Origin: the human T2T-CHM13v2.0 reference genome, Homo sapiens
Assembly (NCBI RefSeq): GCF_009914755.1
Contig: NC_060947.1
DNA length: 64,000 nt
Direction: 5' to 3' (one strand)
This document shows, one piece after another, positions 63,721 to 64,000 of the stretch (position 1 is the stretch's first letter; each line of letters starts with the position of its first letter). The notes under the pieces are model-generated. The model did not search any database and had not been told where the DNA came from. It saw only the letters and a program-made list of their open reading frames with translations. The position numbers and the translations under genes were made by a program.

Positions 63721-64000
63721 AAAAAATCAAATATAAACACCATTTTTGGCCTTCCCACCCTTAATGCTGTTACTCTGTTGAAGTTTACTAGAATATCTTG
63801 GGATAATCCTTGGGGGTGGATGATTATAGAGAAGGAAGGGTTTATATTCCCAATTTGAGCAATATTTGTCATAAAATATGAATTATCCTTATCAATCATA
63901 TTTCTATTAGGGGCTCTCATTACCTTATCTTTAGGGTGATGACTGAATCTTGTCTTTAACCCTCTGTCTTCTCCCTTTACTTTCCTAACTTTCCCCAGTC

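Overview
Non-coding, repeat-dense, CpG-depleted primate DNA. A near-perfect AluYb8 (978-1296) indicates it is human. I find no credible protein-coding gene, RNA gene or prokaryotic-type system. The ORFs are chance frames, low-complexity translations or decayed L1/MaLR remnants. Most of the window is layered L1, L2, MIR, Alu, MaLR/ERVL LTR and MER5/MER58 debris. Subfamily names come from my recall of consensus sequences, and boundaries of old repeats are approximate. I cannot support a new biological system. The most notable structures not explained by ordinary repeat annotation are: (1) a recent ~365-bp inverted templated duplication (48279-48641 vs 50821-51187, ~97% identical); (2) a 26-bp-stem hairpin made by a local inverted duplication inside a solo MLT2A LTR (47510-47568); (3) a repeat-poor block (~22400-26040) holding a minus-strand CCAAT+TATA promoter candidate, a strong CTCF motif and a homeodomain-motif cluster; (4) an internally deleted L1MA hosting a full-length THE1 provirus and a twin-primed L1PA.
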